From an uncultured Acidobacteriota bacterium (GTDB lineage: Bacteria; Acidobacteriota; Vicinamibacteria; Vicinamibacterales; 2-12-FULL-66-21): a stretch of 64,000 bases of DNA. The position numbers and the translations under genes were made by a program. The number at the start of each line of letters is the position of its first letter. Position 1 is the stretch's first letter. Below are positions 18,423-27,425 of this stretch, one piece after another. The stretch covers positions 250,964-314,963 of the forward strand of contig CAVYTY010000023.1 in the NCBI GenBank assembly GCA_963771395.1, written 5' to 3'. The notes under the pieces are model-generated. The model was given only the letters and a program-made list of their open reading frames with translations, made no database searches and was not told the DNA's origin.

Positions 18423-19535
18423 ATGTCCATGATGCACCCCATTTTGAGCGCGGCGCTCCTGCTGTTGCTCTCCCAGACGCCAAAGCCTGCGGTCCCGTTT
18501 ACGACGCCGTTGACGAAGGCCGAGATGGCCGGGAAACAGGCCGTCGTGGCAACCAGCGCCGGCACGTTCGTCATCGACCTGCGGCCGGAACTCGCCCCCA
18601 ATCACGTCGGTTACTTCATCAAGCTGGCGAAGGAGGGCATCTACGACGGCACGACCTTCCATCGTGTCGTGCGTCTCGGCATCATTCAAGGCGGAGATCC
18701 TCTGTCGAAGGACCCGGCGAAGATCAAGCTGTACGGCACGGGCGGGCTGGGCATCCTCAAGGCCGAAATCAGCAGCGAGAAGCACACGAGGGGTGTGGTA
18801 TCGGCCGTCCTCCAGCCCGGCCGGCCCGATAGCGCGGGGTCGCAGTTCTTTGTCGCGGTGACCGATCAGCCGGCGCTCGACGGCAAGTACACGATCTTCG
18901 GACGCGTGTCCGAGGGGCTCGACGTCGTGCAGAAGATTTCCGAAGTTGCCGCTGACGAGAGAGGCGCACCGGCCGAGCGCGTCGAGATGCGCAGCGTGAC
19001 CATCCGCGATACGCCGCCGCCGGAACCAGAGCCGTTCGCGACCGAGTCGTCCGCGGACCTCGCGAAGTATCGGGCGGCCCTCGAGACGTCCGCCGGCTCG
19101 ATCACAGTCGAGCTCCTTCCCGACAAGGCACCCGAGCACGTGCGCAACTTCCTGCGGCTGGCCTCGGCCGGAGTCTTCGACGGCACGGCCTTTCACCGTG
19201 TCGCCCGGGGATTCGTGATCCAGACCGGCGCGCTGACGTCGCGTGGCCCGTTGACCGAGAAGCAGCAGAAGTTGGTTCGGTCGCTGCAACCGGAGTTCAA
19301 CGACACCAGGCACGTGAAGGGCATCCTCTCCATGGCCCGCGGCGACGACCCGGCGAGCGCATCCACGTCGTTCTTCATCGTCACTGGTGATGCGCCGTCG
19401 CTTGATGGTAAGTACACTGTGTTTGGCCGCGTGGTCGAGGGGATGGCCGTCGTCGAGGCCATCGAGCAGTCGGCGGTCAGCGGCGAGGCACCCGTCCAGC
19501 GCGTCGACCTGAAGTCCGTTCGCGTCCTCAAATAG
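18423..19535 (+). CDS. secreted tandem cyclophilin-type peptidyl-prolyl isomerase
   Basis: Two cyclophilin domains (FHRVVRLGIIQGGDP...GSQFFV and FHRVARGFVIQTG...STSFFIV) after a hydrophobic signal segment. Confidence 0.9.
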   Translation: MSMMHPILSAALLLLLSQTPKPAVPFTTPLTKAEMAGKQAVVATSAGTFVIDLRPELAPNHVGYFIKLAKEGIYDGTTFHRVVRLGIIQGGDPLSKDPAKIKLYGTGGLGILKAEISSEKHTRGVVSAVLQPGRPDSAGSQFFVAVTDQPALDGKYTIFGRVSEGLDVVQKISEVAADERGAPAERVEMRSVTIRDTPPPEPEPFATESSADLAKYRAALETSAGSITVELLPDKAPEHVRNFLRLASAGVFDGTAFHRVARGFVIQTGALTSRGPLTEKQQKLVRSLQPEFNDTRHVKGILSMARGDDPASASTSFFIVTGDAPSLDGKYTVFGRVVEGMAVVEAIEQSAVSGEAPVQRVDLKSVRVLK

Positions 19536-19587
19536 CAACTGCGTCGCCGAGAGCCGGAACGCCGCGCACGGCGTCAAAAGGCCGGGA

Positions 19588-20838
19588 GTGCATATGAAGA
19601 GTCTTCGAGATCTCAACAGGCTGTCTGCAGCCTTTGCCACCGCCATCCTCTTTGTGGCCCTGCCGGCGGTCGTTTCGAACCGCACAGCGGACGATTGGCC
19701 ACAATGGCGCGGGCCGAACCGCGATGGTCGGTCGGCGGAAACGGGACTGCTGAAAGACTGGCCGGCCGGTGGGCCGCCGCTCGCCTGGCGGACGACGGGC
19801 GCCGGGGAGGGCTATTCGTCGTTTGCGACCTCCCAGGGCCGGCTGTTCACGCTCGGGGCTCGGGGCGGTACCGAGTATGTGGTGGCCTTCGACGCGGCCA
19901 GCGGCAAGCGTCTGTGGGAAACAGCCCACGGGTCCCGGTTCAGCAACGACCGCGGTGATGGGCCTCGCGCCACTCCCACGATCGAAGGCGATCGCGTCTA
20001 CGCGTTTGGCGCGAGCGGCGATTTGAGCGTGCTCGATGCGGCAAGTGGCAAGGTGCACTGGACTGTCAACGTGCTCAAACAGTACCGAGGTTCGAACATC
20101 CAATGGGGGCTGAGCGAATCGCCTCTCCTGCTGGAAGATCGGATTCTCCTCAATGCCGGCGGGACGATCGTCGCGCTCAAGAAAACCGACGGCAGCAGGA
20201 TCTGGACGACCCAGGGCGACGAAGCGGGCTACTCGTCGGCAGTCCATCATCAGTCCGGCTCTATCAACGAGGCGATCTTCTTCACGAGCCGGCAGGTCTT
20301 GGGCGTCGACGTCAACAGCGGCCGGCGGCTGTGGAGCTATGGTCCGGTCGCCAATAACACCGCCAACATCGCGACGCCGATTGTGCGCGGCAACCGTGTG
20401 TTCGTGTCGTCGGCCTACGGTACCGGGGGGGCCCTGCTCGAGCTGACGGCGTCAGGCAGCAACGTCACTGCCAAAGAGGTCTACTTCACCCGTCAGATGA
20501 TGAACCACCATGCAACGTCCGTCCTTGTGGGCGAGCACCTGTATGGGTTCAACAACGCCATCCTCACGGCGCTGAAGTTCGACACGGGGGAGGTCGCCTG
20601 GCAGAACCGCAGCGTCGGCAAGGGTTCACTGACCTTTGCCGACAATCGACTGTATTTGTACAGCGAAGGCGGGGTTGTCGGGCTGGCCGAGGCGTCCCCG
20701 AAGAGCTACGTCGAGCACGGCCGTTTCGAGCTCAGGACCGGCCGCCTCCCCACGTGGAGCCATCCCATCGTGTCGGGAGGCAAGCTCTTCCTGAGAGATC
20801 AGGACGTTATCTATGCCTACGACGTCCGCGCCAAGTAA
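19588..20838 (+). CDS. PQQ-like beta-propeller repeat protein, secreted
   Basis: DWPQWRGPNRDGRS entry motif followed by repeated propeller-blade-like segments. Confidence 0.8.
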   Translation: MHMKSLRDLNRLSAAFATAILFVALPAVVSNRTADDWPQWRGPNRDGRSAETGLLKDWPAGGPPLAWRTTGAGEGYSSFATSQGRLFTLGARGGTEYVVAFDAASGKRLWETAHGSRFSNDRGDGPRATPTIEGDRVYAFGASGDLSVLDAASGKVHWTVNVLKQYRGSNIQWGLSESPLLLEDRILLNAGGTIVALKKTDGSRIWTTQGDEAGYSSAVHHQSGSINEAIFFTSRQVLGVDVNSGRRLWSYGPVANNTANIATPIVRGNRVFVSSAYGTGGALLELTASGSNVTAKEVYFTRQMMNHHATSVLVGEHLYGFNNAILTALKFDTGEVAWQNRSVGKGSLTFADNRLYLYSEGGVVGLAEASPKSYVEHGRFELRTGRLPTWSHPIVSGGKLFLRDQDVIYAYDVRAK

Positions 20839-20846
20839 CCATCAGC

Positions 20847-20928
20847 GGGGACACTCAACCGGGACAGTCCCCGGGGACACTCAACCGGGACAGTCCCCAG
20901 GGACACTCAAGGTTGAGTGTCCCCGGGG
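20847..20928. repeat. family-C array C1: 2 x GGGGACACTCAACCGGGACAGTCCCC plus a palindromic variant GGGACACTCAAGGTTGAGTGTCCC
   Basis: Units at 20847-20872, 20873-20898 and 20899-20928. Inner palindromes GGGACAGTCCC and CCCCGGGG. Confidence 0.9.
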
Positions 20929-20997
20929 TGATTCGAGCCATAATGGAGGCGTGGCTTGGTGCCATTCGGAATTAAAGAAGGGTAAACGGGAAGGGTT

Positions 20998-22539
20998 TTG
21001 GCAGACACACGACTGAAGATTGCGGTTTTCATCGACTTCGACAACATTGAAATCGGGGTCAAGAGCACGCTCGGCGTGCAGTTCGATATCGGGGTCGTCC
21101 TCGAAGCACTGAAGGAACGGGGCGACGTCGTTTCCAAGATCGCCTATGGCGACTGGACACGCGCCGGGGACTACAGCCGATCGCTGACGCAGCACGCGAC
21201 CAAGCTGGTGCAGCGCAACCTCACCCCGGGCGGCGACAAGAACGGCGCCGACATCAATCTGGCGCTCGACGCCCTCGAGATGGCGTTCACCCACGGCCAC
21301 ATCAACGCCTACGTCATCGTCGGCGGCGACAGCGATTTCATCAGCCTCGTCGAGAAGCTCAAACAGTACGACAAGCAGATCTTCGTGGTTGGCGGGCGGG
21401 CGTTCACCAGCCTGGTGATGCAGCGCAACTGCCACGAATTCATCGCCTACGAGAACCTCGTCAGCTCACGCCGTACCCAGGACCGCGGGCAGAAGAGCGC
21501 GCCGGCGACGACACAGCAGGCGCCGCTCGATCAGGTGGTGCCGCTCGTGCGCCGCGCGCTCAAGGTGCTGGTCGATCGCGAGGTTACGCCGCAGCTCGGC
21601 CTGCTCAAGAGTACGCTCCTGCAGCTCGATTCCACGTTCTCCGAGCGTACGTATGGCGCGGGCAGCTTCCGTGATTTCGCGCAGAAGCTTGCCGCGGCGG
21701 GGCACGTCGTATTGCGCGAGGCCGGCCGCAACGTCCTCGTGGAGCTCAGCGACAATGCGCTCGTGACCTCCGCCGTCCCTTCGACCGGGTCTGCGCAGGC
21801 GTCTTCGACGAGCCCCTCGACAAGCTCGGGTCAGAGCAGCGAGGAGCCATGGTCGCGGCAGCAGCAAACAGCGCCGCCGTCACCCGAGCCGTTGACGCGC
21901 GAGACGGCGCCCGTCAACGGGAGCGGTCGCGCCGCTGATGGCATCCGCGAGATCCGCCGCCTGTTTCAGACGGCGCAGCGGCCGCCGCGCTGGCCGATGT
22001 ACATCCGACAGTTGAAGCAGTACCTCCGCGCGGTCGACGCGGCGTTCGATGAGCGCAAGTACGGGTTCGAGACGCTCGGTGATCTCATGCGGGCGTGTCA
22101 GCGCGACGGGCTGCTGCGAATCGAGCGCGATCGTCAGGGCGGGATGCGGATCTTCCCAGGCACGTTGACGGCGCCTGCCGGCGATCCGGCGCCCATGCTC
22201 GACGAAGGTGACGCGCAGGAAGCTGGCGGCTGGGTCCCACCTGTCGATACGTCGAGCGAGCCCGAGGTCATCGAAGGAGACGTCCTGCATGAGATCGACG
22301 TGCCGCAGGTCATCGACGCCGAGGTGACGACGCCGCCGCCCCCAGAGAAACCGTCGCGCCGCCGTCCACGCGCGGCGAAGACCGTTCGACCGACCGGCGA
22401 GGGGCGCGCGCCACGGAAGTCGCCCGACGCACCCGCGGCGCGGAAGGCCGCCGACGGAGCCCCGAAAACGCGAAAGCCGGCCGCCCCGAGGCCGCGTTCC
22501 GCCCGCAGCCGCCCGCGCACCGACGTCCCCCAGGGTTAG
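20998..22539 (+). CDS. NYN (LabA-like) domain protein with two OST-HTH/LOTUS-like domains and a Pro/Ala/Arg-rich tail
   Basis: KIAVFIDFDN...GADINLALDALEMAF...YVIVGGDSDFISLVEKLKQYDKQIFVVG is the NYN core. Two later segments (GLLKSTLLQLDSTFSERTYGAGSFRDF and IRQLKQYLRAVDAAFDERKYGFETLGDL) look like OST-HTH. TTG start. Confidence 0.8.
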   Translation: MADTRLKIAVFIDFDNIEIGVKSTLGVQFDIGVVLEALKERGDVVSKIAYGDWTRAGDYSRSLTQHATKLVQRNLTPGGDKNGADINLALDALEMAFTHGHINAYVIVGGDSDFISLVEKLKQYDKQIFVVGGRAFTSLVMQRNCHEFIAYENLVSSRRTQDRGQKSAPATTQQAPLDQVVPLVRRALKVLVDREVTPQLGLLKSTLLQLDSTFSERTYGAGSFRDFAQKLAAAGHVVLREAGRNVLVELSDNALVTSAVPSTGSAQASSTSPSTSSGQSSEEPWSRQQQTAPPSPEPLTRETAPVNGSGRAADGIREIRRLFQTAQRPPRWPMYIRQLKQYLRAVDAAFDERKYGFETLGDLMRACQRDGLLRIERDRQGGMRIFPGTLTAPAGDPAPMLDEGDAQEAGGWVPPVDTSSEPEVIEGDVLHEIDVPQVIDAEVTTPPPPEKPSRRRPRAAKTVRPTGEGRAPRKSPDAPAARKAADGAPKTRKPAAPRPRSARSRPRTDVPQG

Positions 22540-22557
22540 TCAGTTCGGCGTTTGCCT

Positions 22558-22654
22558 GGGGTCAGATCTCGATTTTCTAATGCGTGAGCGGAAGCCGCTC
22601 ACGCGATTAGAAAATCGAGATCTGACCCCGGACAACTGCAGTTGACGGCCTCGC
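22558..22654. repeat. hairpin element F, copy 2: about 34-bp stem with one bulge, 3-nt loop, conserved tail
   Basis: ggggtcagatctcgattttctaatgcgtgagcgg aag ccgctcacgcgattagaaaatcgagatctgacccc, then ggacaactgcagttgacggcctcgc. It lies between the convergent NYN and dinB genes. Confidence 0.9.
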
Positions 22655-22712
22655 AAGGGTCGACACACCCGCCAATCGGATTTTGCGCTCGGCGAGGCTC
22701 GAGCGCTCAGCC

Positions 22713-23765
22713 TCAGACGTCATTGGCAAAGGGGAGCGCCGTGCCGGCCAGCGGGTCGCTCGGATCGATCAGGTTGTGCACGCTGACGCCGAGCAGACGA
22801 ACGGGTCGTTGGCCGGCCTCGGTGCGATCGAGCAGCGCGCAGGCCCGAGCGGCGAGCGCGTCAGGGTTGCGCGTGGCCGGCAGTTGACTGTGGCTGCGCG
22901 TGATCGTCGTGAAGTCGGAATACCGCACTTTGATCGTCACCGTCCGGCAGACGAGCGTTCGTCGTTCCAGCCAGGCGGCGCTGTCACGCGCCATCTCGTC
23001 GATTGCTGATCGGATCGCAGTGAGGCTGGTGAGGTCCTGCGAGAACGTGTTCTCGCTCCCGCAGGATTTCGCGGCGCGGTCGGGCACCACCGGGCGATCG
23101 TCGACGCCCTGGGCGAGCTGCCGCAGCCATTCCGCCTGGCTGCCGACCGCTTCGCGCAGCGCGGCCTCGCCGGCGGCGCGCACGTCGACCAGTCGCTCGA
23201 TGCCGCGTTCGCGCAGTCGTCTGGCCGTCACCGGTCCGACACCCCACAACGCGTCGACTGGCAGTTGCTGAAGAAAATGCTCGACACGTTCCGGAGCGAT
23301 GACGGTCAGGCCGTCGGGTTTCTTCCACGCCGAGGCGATCTTGGCGAGGAACTTGTTTGGTGCGACACCCGCCGACGCGGTGAGTCCGGTTGCCTCGCGG
23401 ATTTGCGCTTTGAGCCGCTGCGCGACCACGCGGCCAAACGCTTCGCCCCACGCGTTCTCGGTCACGTCCAGGTACGCTTCGTCGAGCGAGAGCGGTTCGA
23501 CAAGGGGCGTTACCGCGCGAAACAACTGGAACACGGCGCGAGACGCGTCTTTGTATCGCGCGAAGTCGGGCCGGATGATGGCGAGCGACGGGCACAGCCT
23601 GACGGCGCGAGCCATCGGTATAGCCGAGCGCACGCCAAAGGCGCGCGCCTCGTAGCTCGCGGCGGCGACGACGCCCCGCTCGGCTGGATCACCACCGACC
23701 GCAACCGGCTTGCCGCGCAGCGAGGGGTTGTCGCGCTGCTCCACGGACGCGTAGAACGCGTCCAT
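22713..23765 (-). CDS. dinB: DNA polymerase IV (Y-family)
   Basis: DMDAFYASVEQRDNP, SLDEAYLDVT and the full Y-family layout. The conserved residues RRILHID are encoded upstream of the first ATG with no canonical start (see findings). Confidence 0.88.
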   Translation of the reverse strand: MDAFYASVEQRDNPSLRGKPVAVGGDPAERGVVAAASYEARAFGVRSAIPMARAVRLCPSLAIIRPDFARYKDASRAVFQLFRAVTPLVEPLSLDEAYLDVTENAWGEAFGRVVAQRLKAQIREATGLTASAGVAPNKFLAKIASAWKKPDGLTVIAPERVEHFLQQLPVDALWGVGPVTARRLRERGIERLVDVRAAGEAALREAVGSQAEWLRQLAQGVDDRPVVPDRAAKSCGSENTFSQDLTSLTAIRSAIDEMARDSAAWLERRTLVCRTVTIKVRYSDFTTITRSHSQLPATRNPDALAARACALLDRTEAGQRPVRLLGVSVHNLIDPSDPLAGTALPFANDV

Positions 23766-24102
23766 GTCGATGTGGAGGATCCTTCTGATTGCGTCAACTC
23801 CCGGGCGGCGCGTCTCCGGCGTTCGCCACGTGCTCGAGCTCGTTGCAGGGGCCTTTTCGGCCCTTGATTGTACTCGTGCTGCTCGGTTCGTAGGGCCCGG
23901 TGACCGCTCTTCTTCGATCTCAACTTCCTATGCCGCTTGACCTCGGCAGTAGACGGTGGCATGGTCGTCTGGAGGCGCCCGCGGTCGGCAACCGGCCCAC
24001 TGCAACCATGGAATCAGCACCCCATGGCGGGCGTTGATCAGGCACGCGTTCTGACGTCTGGTGGCGTCGGGACGAGCGGTGCGCCAGGAGCAGGTCCAAA
24101 CT

Positions 24103-24552
24103 ATGCCTAGTCCTACCGTTGAACGCCACGCCGGTCTGGCTTGGATCCGCGGCAGCGGCGTCTGCCGTAAGTGGAACGGCATCGACTACAAGCTCGGGAT
24201 GTCAGGGAAGAACGTCGGCGCCAGGGCGCTGTCGATGAACGTGGCGGTGATTCCACCGGGCGGGATTGCCGGTGCGCACATTCACGTGGACTTCGAGGTG
24301 ATGCTCTATATCCTCGAGGGCCGGGTACAGCACGCGTATGGCGAGCGGCTGGCCCACGGTGTCGAGCACGAGGCCGGCGACTTCATTTTCATCGAGCCTG
24401 GTGTACCGCACGAGGTCTATAACCTGAGCGCTTCTGAACCCGTCGTTGCCGTCGTCGCGCGGTCGAGCGCCGACGAGTGGGACAACATCATTCCTTATGA
24501 CAAGACGGCGGTTGAAGGCGGGCCGCGCGCTGCGGGCGACGAGATCGCCTGA
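24103..24552 (+). CDS. cupin-domain protein
   Basis: GGIAGAHIHVDFEVMLYILEGRV...GDFIFIEPGVPHEVYN matches the two-motif cupin pattern. Confidence 0.7.
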   Translation: MPSPTVERHAGLAWIRGSGVCRKWNGIDYKLGMSGKNVGARALSMNVAVIPPGGIAGAHIHVDFEVMLYILEGRVQHAYGERLAHGVEHEAGDFIFIEPGVPHEVYNLSASEPVVAVVARSSADEWDNIIPYDKTAVEGGPRAAGDEIA

Positions 24553-24578
24553 TGGCCAAAACGGTCGGCCGCAGTCGC

Positions 24579-27167
24579 CTACTGGGCTCTGAGTGCCACG
24601 ACCGGATCCACTTGTGACGCACGACGCGCCGGCAGGTAGGCCGCCGCGAGCGCGACCGACAGCATCAGCAGGGCGGCCAGGGCGAAGGTCAGAGGATCGG
24701 TCGGAGACAGACCGAACAGGAGCGATTGCACGACGCTCGTGCCCCCCAGCGCTGCGACCACACCGACGGTGACGCCCACCAGTGCTAGCAGCAGTGCATT
24801 CTTCATCACCATCCACCGCACTGCCCACTGCTCGGCGCCAAGCGCCATGCGGATGCCGATCTCCGGAATTCGTCGGCTTACCGAGTACGCGAGGATTCCG
24901 TAGAGGCCGATGGCGGCGAGGAGCACGGCGATGCCTCCGAGCACTGTCGCCAGGGTCGCCATCAGCCTGACCCTTTGCAGCGATGCGTTGATCTGGTCCT
25001 CCTGCGTCCGAACCCCCGTGATCGGAAGATGGGGATCGACCCCGCGCACGACTTCGCGTACCTGCGGAACGACAGTCGCCGGATCGCCCTGCGTTTTCAC
25101 CTCGAAGGTCGTCCCGGCTACGCGCGTCTGCCTGTAACCTGTGTAGAGCGTCGGCGGGGCGTTGGTGCGAATCGATGTGTACTTGGCGTCGCCGCAGACG
25201 CCGATCACGTCCATCACCATAGAGTCCTTCGTGGTGCCCCACCTGAACTGGCGGCCGATCGGATCGGCTTCCCCGAACAGTCGCTGCGCGAGCGCGCGAT
25301 TGATCACAGCGACCGGCTGTGCTTGGCCCGTGTCTCCAGGCGCGAACTCCCGCCCCCGCAACACCGGGATTCCCAGGGTGCCGAAGAAGCCGTCGCCGAC
25401 AGTCAGTCGCATGGTCGAGTATTGGCGTTGCAGCTCGCGATCCTCGGCGCTGTTGGGCGTCACGACAGGCGTGTCGATCGGCACCGCTGGCCCGCTCGAT
25501 CCGCCGCCCGAGATGAGCGTCGCGCTCGAGAACGAGGCCGACCGCACGTTTGGGATTGCACTCAACCCGGCCTGGATCTGTTCGAGGAGCGCGCGCGTTC
25601 TCGGAAGGTCGTACCCGGCACGTACCGGGTCGATCCGGAAGATCAGAGTGTTCGAGGCGTCGAATCCCGGGTCCACACGCTGAAGGTTGCGGATGGAGTA
25701 CACCAGGAGGCCCGCGACCGTGACGAGCAGCACCGAGAGCGCGACCTGCACGATCACGAGCCCGCCCGTGAGCCGCACGCCTGCGCGGCCGCCCGTCGTG
25801 CCGCGCATGTGCTCCTGCAGGCCAGAGGCGGCGTTGACGTCGGTGGTGCGCAGAGACGGCACCAGGGCGAATAGCACGCAGCATGTGGCGGTGACGGCGG
25901 CCGTGAAGAGGAAGACGCGCCAGTCGGTCCGGATGTCGAACGAGTCGAAGGCGGCATTGCTCAACGCGGGCAGCAGCCCGGCGGCGATGGAATCGGCGAC
26001 CAGTAATCCGAGCGCGCTGCCGAAGAGGGCGAGCAGGAGTCCTTCGGTCACGAGCTGCCGTACGATTCTCTGGCGCGACGCGCCGATGGCGACGCGCAGC
26101 GCGACCTCGCGGACCCGCGAGACTCCCCTCACGAGAAGGAGATTCGCCACGGTCGCGCATGCGACGAGGAGCACGACGCCGACGACCGAGGCCATGATGA
26201 GCAGCGACTCCATCGACCCTCCCCTGTCGTCCTGTCCCCATGCACCCGGCAACAAGTCGAGTCGCGGCAGCTCGTGCGCGACCAACGACGGATTCGCTTC
26301 CGCGGCGGTACGCTTCAGCGTTTGGTCGAGGAGAGCCTGCACGGCGTCCGGAGATACTCCGGGCCGCAGCCGTGCCATGACGAGCACCCACCAGTAGCCG
26401 GGATCCCGCCACTGCGCGCGACTCTCGATGGCAGGACGGACTGCCATCGGCAGCGTCACATCGGGGGAATCGCCGACCTGGAGCGCACCGTGAAAGCCCT
26501 TCGGCGTCACGCCGACGATGGTTACCGGCACCCGATTGACGATGAGGGTCTTTCCGACGACGTTCGGTGCCCGTCCGAACCGGCCCGTCCAGAATCCGTA
26601 GCTGATCACGGCGGCAGGTGGAGCGTCCGCCCTGTCGTCGCTGTCGAGCAGGAGTCGCCCGGCCGCCGCGCGAATGCCGAGGGTGGAAAAGTAGTCGCCC
26701 GAGACGACCTGCCCGCTCCCGACTTCCGCGTGGCCGTCGACCATCACGTCGAGGCTGCCGTAGAGATTGGCAAAGCCAAAGACCCGGGCGACAGCGGCCG
26801 CGTCCTGCCGAAACGCGTCGAACGCCGGGAAGGAGAACGACGTGCTGCCGGTCGCCGTGCGGTCACCGGAGAAGTTGCCGGTAATCGACCCCGCGGGGTT
26901 GCGGGGGCCGGCCTGCCATCTGAAGACGGCGAGCTCGTCCGGCGCCACCACAGGCAGCTTCCGCAGCACCAGGGCGTCGGCCAGGCTGAACACCGCTGCC
27001 GTCGAGCCGATGCCGATTGCCAGCGACAGCACGGCGACGACGGTGAAGGCCGGCGATCCTCTCAGCAGCCGCACGCCGTAGCGCAGATCCTGACCAACCG
27101 TCTCGAGCGAAGGGAAGCCCCACATCTCACGCGACTCCTCTCGTTTGACTGTCTGGTTGCCGAACAT
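24579..27167 (-). CDS. ADOP-type duplicated MacB/FtsX ABC-transporter permease
   Basis: 862 aa. N-terminal QDLRYGVRLLRGSPAFT. Two MacB_PCD/FtsX halves. It lies downstream of a PadR gene, as is typical for the acidobacterial ADOP family. Confidence 0.9.
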   Translation of the reverse strand: MFGNQTVKREESREMWGFPSLETVGQDLRYGVRLLRGSPAFTVVAVLSLAIGIGSTAAVFSLADALVLRKLPVVAPDELAVFRWQAGPRNPAGSITGNFSGDRTATGSTSFSFPAFDAFRQDAAAVARVFGFANLYGSLDVMVDGHAEVGSGQVVSGDYFSTLGIRAAAGRLLLDSDDRADAPPAAVISYGFWTGRFGRAPNVVGKTLIVNRVPVTIVGVTPKGFHGALQVGDSPDVTLPMAVRPAIESRAQWRDPGYWWVLVMARLRPGVSPDAVQALLDQTLKRTAAEANPSLVAHELPRLDLLPGAWGQDDRGGSMESLLIMASVVGVVLLVACATVANLLLVRGVSRVREVALRVAIGASRQRIVRQLVTEGLLLALFGSALGLLVADSIAAGLLPALSNAAFDSFDIRTDWRVFLFTAAVTATCCVLFALVPSLRTTDVNAASGLQEHMRGTTGGRAGVRLTGGLVIVQVALSVLLVTVAGLLVYSIRNLQRVDPGFDASNTLIFRIDPVRAGYDLPRTRALLEQIQAGLSAIPNVRSASFSSATLISGGGSSGPAVPIDTPVVTPNSAEDRELQRQYSTMRLTVGDGFFGTLGIPVLRGREFAPGDTGQAQPVAVINRALAQRLFGEADPIGRQFRWGTTKDSMVMDVIGVCGDAKYTSIRTNAPPTLYTGYRQTRVAGTTFEVKTQGDPATVVPQVREVVRGVDPHLPITGVRTQEDQINASLQRVRLMATLATVLGGIAVLLAAIGLYGILAYSVSRRIPEIGIRMALGAEQWAVRWMVMKNALLLALVGVTVGVVAALGGTSVVQSLLFGLSPTDPLTFALAALLMLSVALAAAYLPARRASQVDPVVALRAQ

Positions 27168-27274
27168 CCGGCAACAAATCCTGACCGTCCGTTCGCTTCT
27201 TTCCCATAGACGAACTATGCGTATGAACGGTTGGCAAACGGCTTGTCAAAGTTCAGGAGATTTCAATTCCAGGA

Positions 27275-27424
27275 GGTTCAGAAGGTTCAGGAGGTTCAAG
27301 AGGGTTCAGAAGGTTCAATCGTTGCTCGCACCTGAATTTGCGAGCTCGCGCCTTCGGCCGAATGGCAAAAACAATGAACCCCTGAACCTCCTGAACCTCT
27401 TGAACCTCGTGAACCCCCTGAACC
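27275..27424. repeat. family-A composite A3: 5 GGTTCA units (27275-27317), 57-bp core, and 6 TGAACC units (27375-27424)
   Basis: Unit starts 27275, 27284, 27293, 27303, 27312 and 27375, 27383, 27392, 27401, 27410, 27419. The core is homologous to the leader of the 16-kb four-helix-bundle gene. Confidence 0.9.
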
Positions 27425-27425
27425 C

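Noticed and set aside
27238-27250. A shared 13-mer CGGCTTGTCAAAG at 27238 and 43488 as a common promoter or regulatory motif.
   Set aside because: Tens of chance 13-mer matches are expected within a 64-kb window on two strands, and no extended similarity surrounds it.
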